In this document: one piece after another, positions 27,401 through 41,110 of the stretch
How positions within the stretch are numbered: position 1 is the first letter of the stretch
Layout: every line of letters begins with the position of its first letter
Source of the DNA: Larinioides sclopetarius
Taxonomy: Eukaryota
Assembly (NCBI GenBank): GCA_964023285.1
Contig: CAXIEN010000093.1
Span: 2,503,739 to 2,567,738, forward strand
Reading direction: 5' to 3'
Length of the DNA stretch: 64,000 bases
The notes under the pieces: generated by a model
The model's database searches: none
What the model was told of the DNA's origin: nothing
The model's input: only the letters and a program-made list of their open reading frames with translations
Made by a program: the position numbers and the translations under genes

Positions 27401-28161
27401 AATGAGAGAAAACCAGTTTCATTTTCTTCCCTCGAATGTGTCTGCTTAGTATCCATTTTACCTTTTTAGAACTGGTTCATTTCTTTCCCTAAGTTATGAT
27501 TCGGTATCATTGTTTTTACGAGTGGTTTAGAGATCACAGTGGTGATATAGAAAATTCTGATAAAATTAGTTTGGTGTTGAGATAGAGAGATGGCCTGAAA
27601 GGATTAGTGATGATGTTTTAGCTCAAGTGGGGTGAGGGGTTAATGATGGTGACAAAGAATGATGATTATGTGCATATGATTCTTTCAATAGAACTTGTCT
27701 CTATTTTGAGGGAAAATGGATTGGTGGTCTTTGACAAGGTTGTCAGGCTTGTAAGAGTAGTTATAACAGAGCGGATGGTGGTTATACATAGTCACCATCC
27801 CAAATCCTGCTGATGTACCAGTTCACAGTAGCAGGTGATCCCTGTAACAATTGTCCCTATTATAAGATGCCTTCACAAAACTTTCCAATATTCAGAATAT
27901 CTAACATCATCAATAATACTGAACAAAATTTAAATAAAATAATTTTTTAATCAAAAATTTTTTGTTTTACTTATTTTTTAATTTAAAATAATTTTTTTTA
28001 AAAATTGGTGCTTATTAAATTAATTAAATTTATGCTTATAAATTTAATTAATTTATTTGAAAGCTATTGAATTTACTCTCATACTACTATTTCATTATTT
28101 TTCTTTTTCTTTGTATTATCTTGTAATCATCATAAATTTTTAATAAATGTTTTTATAACAG

Positions 28162-28238
28162 ATATTTCCGGTGAATTTGATATAACACTTGCATTTGTTG
28201 ATAGAGATGGTAGTGTAAAAATACGGAAGCCTAACCAG
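28162..28238 (+). CDS. WD40-repeat protein gene exon
   Basis: Acceptor 'ttttataacag' and donor 'gtaggt'. The G carried from the previous exon plus AT gives GAT, then ISGEFDITLAFVDRDGSVKIRKPNQ. The phase matches the previous exon. Confidence 0.7.
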
Positions 28239-29152
28239 GTAGGTTGTTTTCTTTTTGTCATTATGTAAAAATATTATCTGTGTTTGTTTACTCTATTCAC
28301 ATTTTGTGAAAATTTTTAAAAAAATTAGTGTCTACTTTTTATTTAAGAAAGCTGTACATTTTCTTCTTACACATTGATTTTTTTTATCCTCATGTTTGCA
28401 TGTATATGTAATAAACCCTTTTTGTCCATGCCTTTTAAAGTTTAATTACAATAACTTTCACATCTTTAGCTTGGCTGACTGATCAGCAATTCCCTATCTA
28501 TTGCATGCCTAATTCAGTTTATTTATAATTCAAAGTAACAAAATTCCAATCTTCTGATTTGATGTCTTTCTTCTGCATGGTGACATTCATTGATAGTGCA
28601 TACAGTTTTAGGTTTTACATTAAAAAACGGTTCTGTATGAAAATCACAAAAAATAAAGCTAATCTAATATGTAGAATTATCGTTTATCACCATCATTATC
28701 ATCTTTGTGTTTGAAGGTCAAGTGAAGACTACTATAAACAAATTTTATTGCTTTTAGGAAAGATTGTGATTCTCATAAAACACTTATTCTCTACATTATT
28801 CATTAATTTTCATGGGAATCTAATTATTTTTAACAATAAATAGAATTGCATTTAAAATTAAAAAAAACATTATAACAAACATTTTCGATACTATTTTATT
28901 CAAATAAATTGGAAAAATTATTATATATTTTCCACTTGAGTGTTTTACAATTTATTATGTACTGTAAATTCTGTGGACATTAATATTTGGAAGATTCTGC
29001 CACTATTTAGTTTCCTTTTAATAAAATTTCATTTAACAAGTTACTTTTTAAACTTATAAACTTTAATACTCTATCAGTAATATATAGATAGTATGCATTT
29101 TTTGTAAAAAATATAACAGCCTTCATCTTTATCCTCTTTATTTTTTCTATAG

Positions 29153-29437
29153 AGAGCATTTTCATATTCCTTGGAAGGTCATAATAAAGGCATTACTTCT
29201 TGTTGTACTAGTCAAAATGGTGAAATTTTATCATGTTCTTTGGATGGTACTGTTAATTTATGGAAAATACCTGATGAAACAGAAGAATTTCATCCCGAAC
29301 ATTTAGCTAGCATAACTGATATTTGTTTATCTGTTACACAAAATAAAGTTGTCAGCTCAGATGCATATGGTAATGTTATTATTTGGAAATTGATCCTGTC
29401 GGCAGGTTCTCCTTTGATGTATGCAGGAAAGAAAACC
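29153..29437 (+). CDS. WD40-repeat protein gene exon (two WD repeats)
   Basis: Acceptor 'ttttttctatag' and donor 'gtgagt'. Encodes RAFSYSLEGHNKGITSCCTSQNGEILSCSLDGTVNLWKIPDETEEFHPEHLASITDICLSVTQNKVVSSDAYGNVIIWKL…KKT. This matches provided ORF 29171-29497. Confidence 0.8.
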
Positions 29438-29729
29438 GTGAGTATAAGGTTTTTATTTCATGATTTATTAATGACAAATTTTGTTAAGCATTATTAGTTT
29501 TCATTAAAGCTCAATTAAAATAGAAATTATGCTTTGCTGTTAAAAGCAGAAAATTATAGAAATAATTTCAATTGTCTTTAAAATATACAAAGAGTTTTTT
29601 CTATTAAAAATTTTTTCTATATATTGTATGTTGTTTTTTATTTAAAATTTGTCTTATGTTCTACATATAACACTTTTATTTAGATTACTGAAGTAGAGTT
29701 TTTCAGAGGTATAATGGAGCCAGAGCACT

Positions 29730-30075
29730 GTTCTGGCCCCAAGCAGCAAGAGTGGTCGCTAAATGATTGGCCAATGATCGCAATGCTCGGCTAAATCTCG
29801 CCCATATTTCCGAGAGGTCAATATTACGCCGGCGCGACATCGCCCTTTGACTATATTTTTTCCTCGCGCCTCTGATGATCGCCTTTTAATCTAGGCGAGC
29901 TCTGGCGGCGACTGTTTACACACGATCGCTTCAAGTAATCGCCCCAAGGCCGGCGCGATGTTCCAAAAGAATTACTCCCAGGTGGCGCTACGCCCAGATT
30001 CTGTAGCGCAGAAAAATGCGCAGGGGACTTGAACTGTTTTGGAATATCGCGCTGAATGCTTGAAAATACGTTGTT
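29730..30075 (+). repeat. CpG-rich island A with a palindromic double CCAAT box ('GATTGGCCAATGATCG'); inverted partner of 37440-37795
   Basis: 'ccccaagcagcaagagtggtcgctaaatgattggccaatgatcgcaatg…cgccggcgcgacatcgccc…gatgatcgcc…'. CpG content is far above the flanking DNA. Confidence 0.6.
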
Positions 30076-32960
30076 GACACTTAACCCTAATTTTTTATAT
30101 CGTTGTATTTTAGCTTAATTTAGGAGAAGAATCATGCTTTCACCTCCCAAGAAACATGTTTCAGAGATGAACCTTGCTTCCGAAAAGCAGAAGAAAGGTA
30201 TGTTCTGAGTTTATTCATTTTCAATCTTAGTCTAATTGTTTATATAGCTCGTTCTTGTATCAGTAAATTTCTTTCCTGCTCGCATTATGTTTTACAGAAG
30301 CGCCTAAGTTCATGCGTTCTGAGATATTTTGTATGGTCTGCTTATCCAGGCTATTTTAACAATAACACTTTTAATTTTATTTTTTATTGTTATGATAAGA
30401 TGAATTAGTTATTAGTTAAATTAGACCTTCTAGATGAATTACTTATTGCATTGTTACTTTTAAGATTAATTTATATAAAAAATTATGAACTTAACATGTT
30501 AAAAATATATCTCTTGTACCAAAATCATGCTTAACTGGTAAATGGTGGTAACCAATTTTGGTGATATTTTAAAGCTTTTAAGTCATACTAAGAGCTTTGA
30601 AACTTTCCATAAAAGATTTGAAACTTTTTGTTTGATTTTTCATTTTGAAATAGACATTTTATTTTACTGTCTTTTGAATATATCTAGAAGTTTGTTTGTG
30701 GAAAATCACATGCCTGCAATTCTCAATATCTCTTCCAACAAATTTTTAAACCTACTTTTTAATATTACATGAGAACCTAAATAGCCAAAAAATGCCCTCC
30801 CTTTAATTTTGTAATACAAAACAGAATGAGGCATTTCGTAATCTTTACTGTAATTTTTCCAATTTGATTGACCTTAGTCGTATTTCAAATTTTAATTGGC
30901 TAGTATTAAAATCTTTTTAATAGAAATATCACCTGCCTTTTTATATTTAGATTGAAATGTTTGGTCCTTCAAATCTGAATTAAATTAAATAATTTTATTT
31001 TATTCTGATTTTCTTAAAATTTTATAATTGAAACAAAATAATAAAACCACATGTCCAAAACTGAAACACATGATTAGCTAATCATAAAAATAATTATTTT
31101 TGATATGAAATCAAAATAAAAAGAAAGTTTATCTCATAAACCTTAGAATAAACAGTTTTAGAATAAACAATTCTGAAAGCTTGATAAAAAGAATTTAAAA
31201 AAAAAAACCTACAAAACTTTGCTTCTTAACGAAGCCCATTAGCAGTTGTGAGCAAATAATGCATCATCATGTATGTAGTTTTTTTATGTCACTTGCTTGA
31301 AAATATTGACCAAATCAGATTGAAAATTGTAAAATTTAGTTTATTTAAAGTTTTGGAATGCATGTTATTGGTTAATAGATATAATATGACCAAAACTGGA
31401 TCATTATCTAAATCTAAACACAAATTAGAAATGTCCAATTCTAAAATATATATATATAGTAAAATCATTTAATGCTACCTTAAATAAAAAAAAGCTAAAG
31501 AGTATAATATAATTTGTTGCTGATAAAAAATTGCATTAAATTTAAAATCTTTAGTAATCCCATATGTTTAATTGATATTTTTTTTCTTTTGAGGCAAAAA
31601 GGATGAAACAATGGCTTTCCCGCCAGTGAACCTCATGAACCACCTGGTTGGAGGAACCTCATGAACCCTAGTTGATGGAGAACTGTGTCAAATAATCCTT
31701 TTAGCAGATAAAGATTTCCTGGTGATTGATATTCACATGTCCACCATCATTATAGTGCGCCCAGAAGCAGAAAGCGTGCTGCAGATATGATCATTAATCA
31801 ACATACAACTTACAGACTAAAAAAATGTATACATTCTAATTTTGAAACTATTTCTCAGAGGAAGGAAACAGAAATCTTGAGGAACTGACATTCCATTGAG
31901 AGATTTATAAATTGTGAAGATGATTTAAGATGGTAATTGCTTGGCTCTAATAATTTTATTGTGGAAACAATTTTCTTATAGATTTTACAAAATGGTAAAA
32001 CCTTCAAAGAAAATGATGTATAGCAAGATATTTAGAGATGCAAGATGTGAAGTTAAAAAACATGCAATCAAATAAACACAATAACATGTTTTGTAGCATG
32101 CATAATATTATGTGTGATATTAGAATTAAAAATCATTCACCTTATCTGTATTTTTCATATATACTTTCTGTGTTACTGAAAGAAATAGCAATATTTATTA
32201 GAAGTCCTTATATCTGCCTGTGATAACAGTTGTTTACAAAATGACATAAAACCATTTTAACAGATATATTGTAGGATTGAGAATTCCAATTTTTGATATT
32301 AATAAAATTTTCTTCATTCTAATTATCTGAAATGTCTCTTTTAAAAATGCTGTTGCTTCTAAAGTAATTAGTAGTTATTATAAATCATTAAGATAGATGT
32401 TTGCCCTAGTTTCACTAAATTCTAAAGTAAATAATTTTAAAAGATTAAAATGTATTTGTTACTTTTGTTTACTTTCAGATATATTACTTTTTTCTTAGAT
32501 TGTATTAATTGCAAGTTTTAAATTGTATAAATATTTATTCATTGTCTAGATGGATTGACACTGTTTGTCATATATTTTTAAATATTCATTTTGCTTTAAA
32601 ATGACATCAGTTAACTATGATACTAAATTTGACTCTGCATTGTTGAGAATAGCAGATAAATTTTAAATTCATAAACTGATGCTGCAGAATGATTTAGAAG
32701 AATCTGTTACTGCGGCAGCTTATGTAAGAGTCTGCATTCCAAAAAAAAAATCAGAAGATCTCTCGAGGACTCTGAATGTTAAATATATGCCAAGAATTTA
32801 GCAAATGTCATATTTATATATATCATGTAAAGAGTTTGCAAAATAAAAAAATGCATTGCAATTTTCTTCACAACTCTTTGTAAATTATGTGAAATTTTCA
32901 ACTATATTTTTAAAACACGAGATATGAAAAGGTTAGTTTGAAGAAATTATATATAATAGG

Positions 32961-32980
32961 ATATATATATATATATATAT
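32961..32980. repeat. (AT)n microsatellite
   Basis: atatatatatatatatatat. Confidence 0.9.
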
Positions 32981-35900
32981 CTACTATTTTTTATACTGAC
33001 AGATTTGAAGGAAGTTGATTTTTTTTATGCAGTGAACATTTAAGTAAACTTTGGGAATGAATTCTATAATTTTCAAATATAAAGCAAATATGTCAGTTTT
33101 TTTTTCATTATTTTGATACACAATGATTTTGAATATATTGTTGAAATGCTTTAAATATTGCCACTTCATATTTAACTTTTATTGTACTTTCATAACGGAT
33201 TGCTATCAATTTTTTTAGGAATGACCTCCCTTCTAAAATTATTAATAGAATTATTCAATATAGTAATAGCCAAAATTCTATATTCCAATTTTTTTCCGAA
33301 CTTGGTGTTTATCATGGTTTTACATTTAATATGGTATTTAATAGTTTTGTTTAATATAAATACACAGACTACTTGTGATAAACTAGTTTAGATTGTATAA
33401 AAAAATCTGTTTAGTTTTGCTGTTGACATTTAATTTCAATTGTGTTTTTATAATTTTAAGCACTGAATTTGCATAATTTAAAATAGTATTAATAATTTTT
33501 TTGCATTTGTTCCTGAACATTGTATTAATTTTTTGCTATGCTTTTGACATCAAGAATTTTATTTTGACATTGAATATCTCATCGTAACAGTATTTACTCT
33601 TTAATTGACCTTCGTTTATTTGCTTTGATATATATTTGGAAAAATTTTATTCCTTGAAGCCAGAGTAGGACATTTTCTTTTGTAATTAAGAATATTATCA
33701 ATTGTATCATTATAGATTTTTTTAAAAATATGGCTTTCATGATGTCTGAATAACTGTGAAAGAATATTATCAAAAATGTTTTTTAAACCCTATCCTTCCA
33801 TTCATCAATTCTTCATAAATGCCTTTTTTGTTTGTCAAAATATTTTTGGTTACTAATGATAATTTATACTTCCAACATGCAATTGGTTTGATAAATATCT
33901 CCTCTTTCAAGATGAAATAGTCTAAAAAATTTGGAAACATCCTGTTTAATTAAACTATCTACTACTGAGGAAAATAAACAATAACGAAATAAATATTATA
34001 GAACTAAGAAAGATAATGATATGCCTTTATTTTAAATGTTATGTTAAGATGGAGATTTATCGGGAATATTGTTAATAACAAATCATGTAAAATGCAGGGG
34101 TGTGGAATATGTCTGATCTGGCGATCTAGGATCGAGTGAAATTTTAGTCATTTTGGGAAATTTTGCCCCAAAATTACTAATTATTTTACACATGAATTAT
34201 AAAATTTCCCCAGGTAGAAACATTTTCCTGATAGTAAAATGATACATATGACAAATTTCTTAAAATCAATCTCAGAATAATATGCTTATTGTGTAGTAAT
34301 GTTTTCATCCTTCTTAAAGCAATATTTTCATTTTTTCCACTGATTAGCGATTTGCTTTTGTTTGTGTAACTGTTAACTATTATGTAAACATTGCTCATTT
34401 AAAAAAAAAGTCATTCCCCAAGTAAAAGAAAACATTGAAAGAAGTGAGTGTTTCAAACTCACAAGAAGAAAAATTAAAAAATCTTTTTGCTCAGTGATTA
34501 TTATACAAAATAAAAATAAGTAAGTGGACCAATAATTACAAACTTAAAGAGATGGTGCTTCAGCAGTAAACTCATTTTGAGTCCCCTGTAGGAATTCTAA
34601 TGTCTTTATTCTCTCCCGATTCTCTTTAGAAAGGGAATCAAATCAAGATCCCACATCACAATTGCTGGGAAATACATTATAAATTTGCATTGAATGGTTG
34701 AGAAAAACTCAAAAGAGTTTAAATTTAATAATGATGTCTTCTTAATCAGAGGACAACATTGAAGAAAAACATTCTAAAAATTGAAATTAGTACAGCAAAT
34801 CATGAACTCCAAAAAGAGACCATCACTTCTAGAACAAGACAGCAGTAATAAAAAAAGGAAGCCTTTACCAACTCTCGTGTACCAGAAATAGTTTACCTCC
34901 TTGAAAACTGAGTGAAAATTTGCAGTGAGTGGTTTGTGAATTTGTTGGCTGTTATTGGAAATCACTTAGAAAGAACAATAAAATCTGATTTGTCATGAAT
35001 TATGTAATGGAATAGATCTTTAGTGTATAAAACTACATAATTATTAAAAGCATTCTTAAACAGACATTTGCAGAACAGAAATTATCATTTCACTAGATTT
35101 TCTTCAAGAAACAGACTCTTATTTTACAAAACATCAAATGTGATTGACAACATCCACAAAGACAGTAGGAAAAAAAGATTGCAGTTTCTCAATAATTAAT
35201 AATTTATCAGAAAAGGTAATCCTAAACCTTAGAATTTTTGGTTTAAAAAGAACTACATTTATTAATAAATTAGTCATAACAATTATATTTAACCTTACAA
35301 ATACCTTAGGCATGCTGCAAGTTCAGTCTATAGATTTTTAAGATATGATTTGTATAATGTAGAATTTTCTATCTTCGGTAATACAGAATTTATGTTAGCC
35401 TATAACATATCATAAAACATAGGAGAAATTTTTGTTTGGTTTGGGGGAAATGGTAGTAGTAAACATTTTCTGCACCCCTGGGTAAAAAAAATTGTTTGAT
35501 TAAAAAAAATATTAACAGTTCGCCAATATATTTCATTCTCATATTATATATAAAAAAATTCTTTTAAATTGTCTGTGAAAGCTTTTTTTTCAGTTTAAGC
35601 TTGGTGTATATTTCTATTTGATAAGCACTGAGATTTTAATTTTTGTATGTCACATAGATATGTAAATTCTGCAGCTATGTAAATATTCCTTATTTAACTT
35701 GCACTGATTTCAATGCACAAAACTTATCCTACAATTCAATAATGTACTTTATTGCCAGATTAGTTGTAATGAAACTGCTATATTTCAGTTCCTTTTCATG
35801 TTAATTACATGTTCCTTTTTTTAAATGTGTTTATGTATTTTCATCAGCATCTATATATTTTTCTCCAGATTTTTGCTTGCTTCTTATTCTAAATAAATTT

Positions 35901-37439
35901 TTCTGAAAGTTTCAGCAAATTGTTTGAAAATTATTTTGTATCGAAAATGAAAAAGTGCTTAAAATTATTGAACTAATTAAAAATATTTATGTTTAAAGTT
36001 TTTACTAAATACAAAAAAAGAAAAAAATCTGACTGATTTTATTGTCAAAGAATTTTTAGACCTGAGACTTATATTAAACAATCAGGTCTTATTAGCAAAA
36101 TATTATTTTCTGCATTATTTATTAAAAAATGAGAAACCACTAATAACGAGTGAAGTAATTTTAAATGTGAAAACTTCAAACGAGTAGAAACACTTGAATC
36201 TTTATAAATATTGTAAAGTATGTTTATGTTTATTGACTGTGTGTGATGATATCTATTCTTAAAACTCGTAGATTTGGAATATTGCTTGGGTATATAAGTC
36301 ATTACAGAAAATTCGGTCGAAAGTTAGAAGCAAATTATTGTCATACTTAAAGCTTGTAAAATATTTTTTAATGAAAGTCATAATAAGTGAATGTTTTGCT
36401 CAATTGGTTTTTCCAGTACACAAAAAATAAAGAGGGGAAATATTTATCTATTACAACAGAAAATGTAATTCCTGTTATACATGAGTATAAAACTTCTGTA
36501 AAATATGAAGTAACTTTATAAATTAATAATAAACAGAAAGAATATTTAGGAATAATTTTAAAAAATGTTTTATTTTATGTGTATAAAATATTTATGAAAC
36601 AAATTTTTGAAATATTCAAAGAGTGAATCATATATCAAGAAAATATTAGAAATTTGATGTAAATTATTTATTTGTTAAAAGTAAAAGAAACAAAGAAAAT
36701 TAAAATAAAAATTTCGTTTATTTAATCTAGGTTTTTCAAAATTGATTATTGCTGAAATTTTTAAGCATTATAAAATATATAGTAAAGAAAAAAAAATATA
36801 TTTTTTAAGAGTTTATATATATTTTTGAATTTTCATGAAACAACTTAAAATTAACAGATGATGTAGGCAATATTAGACATTTAAAAGTTGATTGATTATA
36901 TATATCAGTAAAATTATACTGATGAATTACGAAAAAAACTACACACTATTAATGTGGACACAATAAATGTGTTCCACATTTTTATTTCCACGCATTAAAT
37001 AATGACGAAATATTATATAAAGGAAATGAATCCTATGTATATATATGTACAGAAGATGAGATTTAAATTATTATAAGATTATTTGAACAGTTGTTTATTG
37101 CTCTTAAAGAGCACTAAAAAAATTCCATTTTAGCATTTAAAAATTGTTTTGAGTAAGAATATGGTAAAATATACGCAATAATAATAGTTAAAAAAATTTG
37201 TAAAAAGTTAAAATGAAGATCATGAAAAAGCCATTCTATTAAAACAAGTTCTTTACCGAGTTTTGAATTTATCAAAATAAATAAAAAGATTTAATAAGTA
37301 AAAAAGATAAATCATGTCAACTATCTAGTTTCTTTTAACCGTAATGCAAAATTTGAAAAATAGAATAGTTTGAAATATTGTAACAATAGTTTATAGAGTT
37401 AAAAAGACAACAACTGAATAACCAATAAACTAATATTTC

Positions 37440-37795
37440 AGTATGATGCCGGCAAGTGTTTCGTAACAAATTGTTTTATTGGCTCGCCCATTGATAAAAT
37501 ACATGGGTAATTGATTGGCAACGGGTCGTCCGTTGTCGTAATACACGTCGCAAAATGCTTGGTATCAAGTCGCCCGCGATAATACGCATCGGGAAATGGT
37601 CGGAAAAACTGTCGGAAACAAGCCGCGGCGATCATCGCCCGGCGTTCTGCCGGGGGACAGAACCAATATCGGGACGACGTCGCAGGCGAGGTCGCCCCGA
37701 CCTACCGAGTCATGTAGGGCGATGTTTGGCCAATGATTGGCCAACGATCTTTTGCTGCTTGGGCGCACTGCTTATGCCCTATGAGAAATAAACGA
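37440..37795 (-). repeat. CpG-rich island B, inverted relative to A, with shared motifs
   Basis: The reverse complement reads 'gcgcccaagcagcaaaagatcgttggccaatcattggccaaacatcgccc…gatgatcgccgcggc…', sharing 'cccaagcagcaa.ag', 'attggccaa', 'atcgccc' and 'gatgatcgcc' with island A. Several ATTGG boxes are present. Confidence 0.55.
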
Positions 37796-38005
37796 GAACA
37801 TTTTTTTTTATATTTGTCTTTAAACCAACAGCTTAACAATATGATTGGTATTTCAGATCAATATACCTTTGCCTTCCGGCTTTACCAACTGGGATTTTTT
37901 TGATACTTTGATTGTTAAATGTACCATTCTGCCTCATTTTATAAAATAATATGATGTATTTTATAGAGTGGTTTTTTATGCTTATGAAGTATGTTAATGT
38001 TTCAG

Positions 38006-38160
38006 TATACTGGAGGATTTGTCAAAGCTCTGTCATTGCTGCAGGACAGGAAACTTGTTTGTGCAGTCACACAGACAACAGATGGTGACGATAAGCATTT
38101 TATCGATGTTTTATATTATGATTGCTCTGCATCTGATAAGAATTCTATCTACAACTTCCA
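38006..38160 (+). CDS. WD40-repeat protein gene exon
   Basis: Acceptor 'gttaatgtttcag' and donor 'gtatgaac'. Encodes YTGGFVKALSLLQDRKLVCAVTQTTDGDDKHFIDVLYYDCSASDKNSIYNFQ, in the frame of ORF 37991-38191. It is in phase with exon 29153-29437. Confidence 0.65.
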
Positions 38161-39565
38161 GTATGAACATTTTTTTCAATTTTTTAATTAATCATACCCG
38201 ACTCATAATTCATAAAATTTGTAATTTATATTGTTTTAAAATATAAAGTATAAAATTGTTTCTCTTTAATTTTGCTATATATAAATGCAATTATGAGGAT
38301 TTTTCTGTTCATACTGAATGAAAATTATTAAATTCCTTTTAAATGATGAATAGAATGTTCATTAACTTAAAAGAAGTAGAAATTGCATCTTGCCAATAGT
38401 TTTTATGCAGAAATAATTGTACTGAATATTTAAATGACCCGAAGCTGACAAATTTTGCATATTTTATTATGTTATCGTAATTTAATTATTCACACTTGTA
38501 TACATCTCTCCCCAAAAAACTTTCATATAAATCTATTTGTTTCAATAACTAAACTCTGTATTGTTGCACATTGATTATTATTTTTATATGCCTGCAGAAA
38601 ATTAAAACAATAATCTGAAATTGTATTCAATTTTTAAATGATATTACTCTTGGTATATTGCATCCTTCTGAATTTCAAAGACAAATATCCTAGCATCACA
38701 GTGATTGATGCAACAGGCTGGAAATTTTAATTTCCCAAACTAATTTCATACCTATACTAACTTGATTTCAGGTCTACTCAATAATTTTATTAATGATCAA
38801 TGTCAAATAGGTCTTGCTGTCAATCATACAAGCCCAGAAACAGATAATAAAGAAATCTGACACACTGCTCTGTTTGTTTCATTTTCTAGGTGCTATAAAT
38901 TTGTTACCTCTTAACCACGTTGCTTGTGCAAAAATACGAAGCAGGCTTATTTCTTTGCCGGCATAATTTTGCCTAGTAAAGTCATGCAATGCCACAAAAA
39001 TTAGTTGTTTGTTCATATATTTTCTATAGATGTTTAATACTTATCAATAAAACTACTGTCGACGAAACTGACATGTTAACTTATTCTCAATTTTGGGAAA
39101 TTCGAAATAGCATGGTATACGAGTTATTATTTGTAACCAACTATATCTTGGTATACTTCCTTTACCCATTATGACAATGGGATACTTAACCCAAAAATGG
39201 CGATTCTGAATGTAAAAAATAGACTTCTTGGTAAATTCTAAACTTCTATCGCATGCAATTGTTCAAATGTATTTGTTTCTCAAGATTTCAGTTGTTACTA
39301 TTGGTTCATATATGTTAATACTGCATAAGCCTCGAAATCAGGAAACTAATTATAGATATACCTAAGGGTCTGATAGTATATGAATGTAATTGTATATATA
39401 TTTACTATACAAATATTACTGTTTTTCACTTAAGCCTATTTAATATGTACAGGTTTATGTTAATAAAAATGAATGAATTTTTTTCTGCAGATTTCTAAAG
39501 TATAGAATATAAAAATGCTTCATATTTCAGCCTAAGAAATCTTAATTAATATCCTTTTCTTGCAG

Positions 39566-39700
39566 GGTGAAGAATTCACACTATTTAGACAGTGAAGTAC
39601 TGTGTCTTGATGCAAGCTTGAAAACTGAAACAGTTGTGGCTGGTTTGAAGTCGGGAAATTTTGTCATTATCACCTCAGATAGGAAGAAGACATTTAATAT
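39566..39700 (+). CDS. WD40-repeat protein gene exon
   Basis: Acceptor 'ccttttcttgcag' and donor 'gtatgc'. The CA carried from the previous exon plus G gives CAG, then VKNSHYLDSEVLCLDASLKTETVVAGLKSGNFVIITSDRKKTFN, in the frame of ORF 39567-39773. Confidence 0.7.
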
Positions 39701-40139
39701 GTATGCATTTGTCCTTTTGGTACTTTATAAATTTGTAATAGTTTGCATTTGTTTTATCATTTTACTTTTGTGAATTTTATAACATTGCGAAACTTTGCAC
39801 CGATAAAATTGAAATAAATTCCCTTGTTATTTGTGCATACTTCTGAAATAATTCTATTTCATCATCGAAAATATTTTGGATTTTGAAACAAAAGTTTTAA
39901 TAACATGAAACATAATTGTGTATTATATTTTTTTCCTAAATTTTCTATAGTTGTGAGAACATATGACTATTTAAGGTTGCTTAACTAAATGGTTGCTGTT
40001 TAGTGACTGAATATGTAATTTTTGCATTAGTACTGTCTGGAAGAGTTTCTGTTTAAATAATATTTCAAATAGTTTACTTTTATATGACTGATCTTTGTTT
40101 TGCTAATTTATAGATGTAAAATTATTTTTCTTCTTTTAG

Positions 40140-40266
40140 ATCTGATGACTGGGTTTTAGGTGTTAAGCTTTTATCAAATTCTGTTGACTCTGCAGAATTT
40201 ATATTTACATCATTGTTAAATGGTACAGTTAAACGTATCCAAACGGAAGAAGCCTTGAACAATGTT
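40140..40266 (+). CDS. WD40-repeat protein gene exon
   Basis: Acceptor 'ttcttcttttag' and donor 'gtaagt'. AT plus A gives ATA, then SDDWVLGVKLLSNSVDSAEFIFTSLLNGTVKRIQTEEALNNV. Confidence 0.7.
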
Positions 40267-40539
40267 GTAAGTTATTTTCTGTTATATTTGAAGGGTGAGA
40301 GTGGGATATGTAAATTTTTTTTTCAAATTTAACTATTGTCACGTATGAAGGAGGTAGTTGTTGACTTGTTATTTGGTAGTTACTGCAATTCTGTAGGAGC
40401 ATCTAGATATTAATTTAATGAAGAATCCATTTCACAACAAAATATCACAATCATAACTTTAAGGCTAAATATCTTGAAACAAACTTGCTGCTACATGCCC
40501 TCTTCATCCACTCACACCTTTATTTTTAAGTAAAATAAT

Positions 40540-41110
40540 TCACACACTAGGGTCATTTTTTTATCCTCTGATTGAAAGCAAAACTGACAGGTGGGAGAAT
40601 GTTGGGTGATTGGGGATGTCTCTAGCTATAACTATTACTGTTAACATCAGCTGGGGAGTTTCAGCCGAGCTGTTGGCATTAGACATACCTAGTTGAACTG
40701 ATGTTCTTGCCAAGTACATAGATTGACTTTCTTCAAGCCGATGGTTGATTTATGGAAAACGATCAATGCAATTTATTCTTCTTAGACCTCACAATGACAG
40801 CAAAGAGCCATTCTGACTTTCTGGAGTTATTCTTATTTATGACAATGCCGACCCACAACCAGTGATGTTGTAACCCAGCAGCTTCTGGAGCAGTTTAAAT
40901 TAAATAGTATGTACCTGATTATTGGTATATAGCCAACTTAGCAGTAAGTCATTTTTATATCTTCCTGAATTGAAGAACTGGCTAGGATGCCAAAACTTCC
41001 TGTAAAACAAGGAGATTCGAAAGTAGATGACAAGTGTCTGAATTTACCTGTTGATTATGTCCAAAAAGTTATGTTTGAACATAACTTTTGGTAATAAATT
41101 CATTTTGTCC
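40540..41110 (+). mobile_element. Decayed mariner-like transposase fragment (C-terminal half)
   Basis: Frameshifted translations include 'LFLFMTMPTHNQ' (compare 'ILLHDNARPHTA'), 'VVTQQLLEQFKLN' (compare 'VTRQKLLELGWEVL') and 'SQLSSKSFLYLPELKNWLGCQNFL' (compare 'SPDLAPSDYHLF…LQNFL'). Stops and frame changes occur throughout. Confidence 0.45.

Noticed and set aside
30124-30197. Candidate exon right after CpG island A. It has an AG acceptor and a 'gtatgt' donor, and two of its frames are open.
   Set aside because: It ends in phase 2. The well-supported downstream exon, 38006-38160 ('YTGGFVKALSLL…'), must start in phase 0 and joins exon 29153-29437 directly. Including this exon would force the implausible hydrophobic frame of ORF 38019-38246.
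37555-37791. ORFs on both strands (37555-37791 and 37565-37768) in CpG island B.
   Set aside because: This is a GC-rich repeat or regulatory island. The arginine/glycine-rich translations are typical of random GC-rich sequence and do not indicate a gene.
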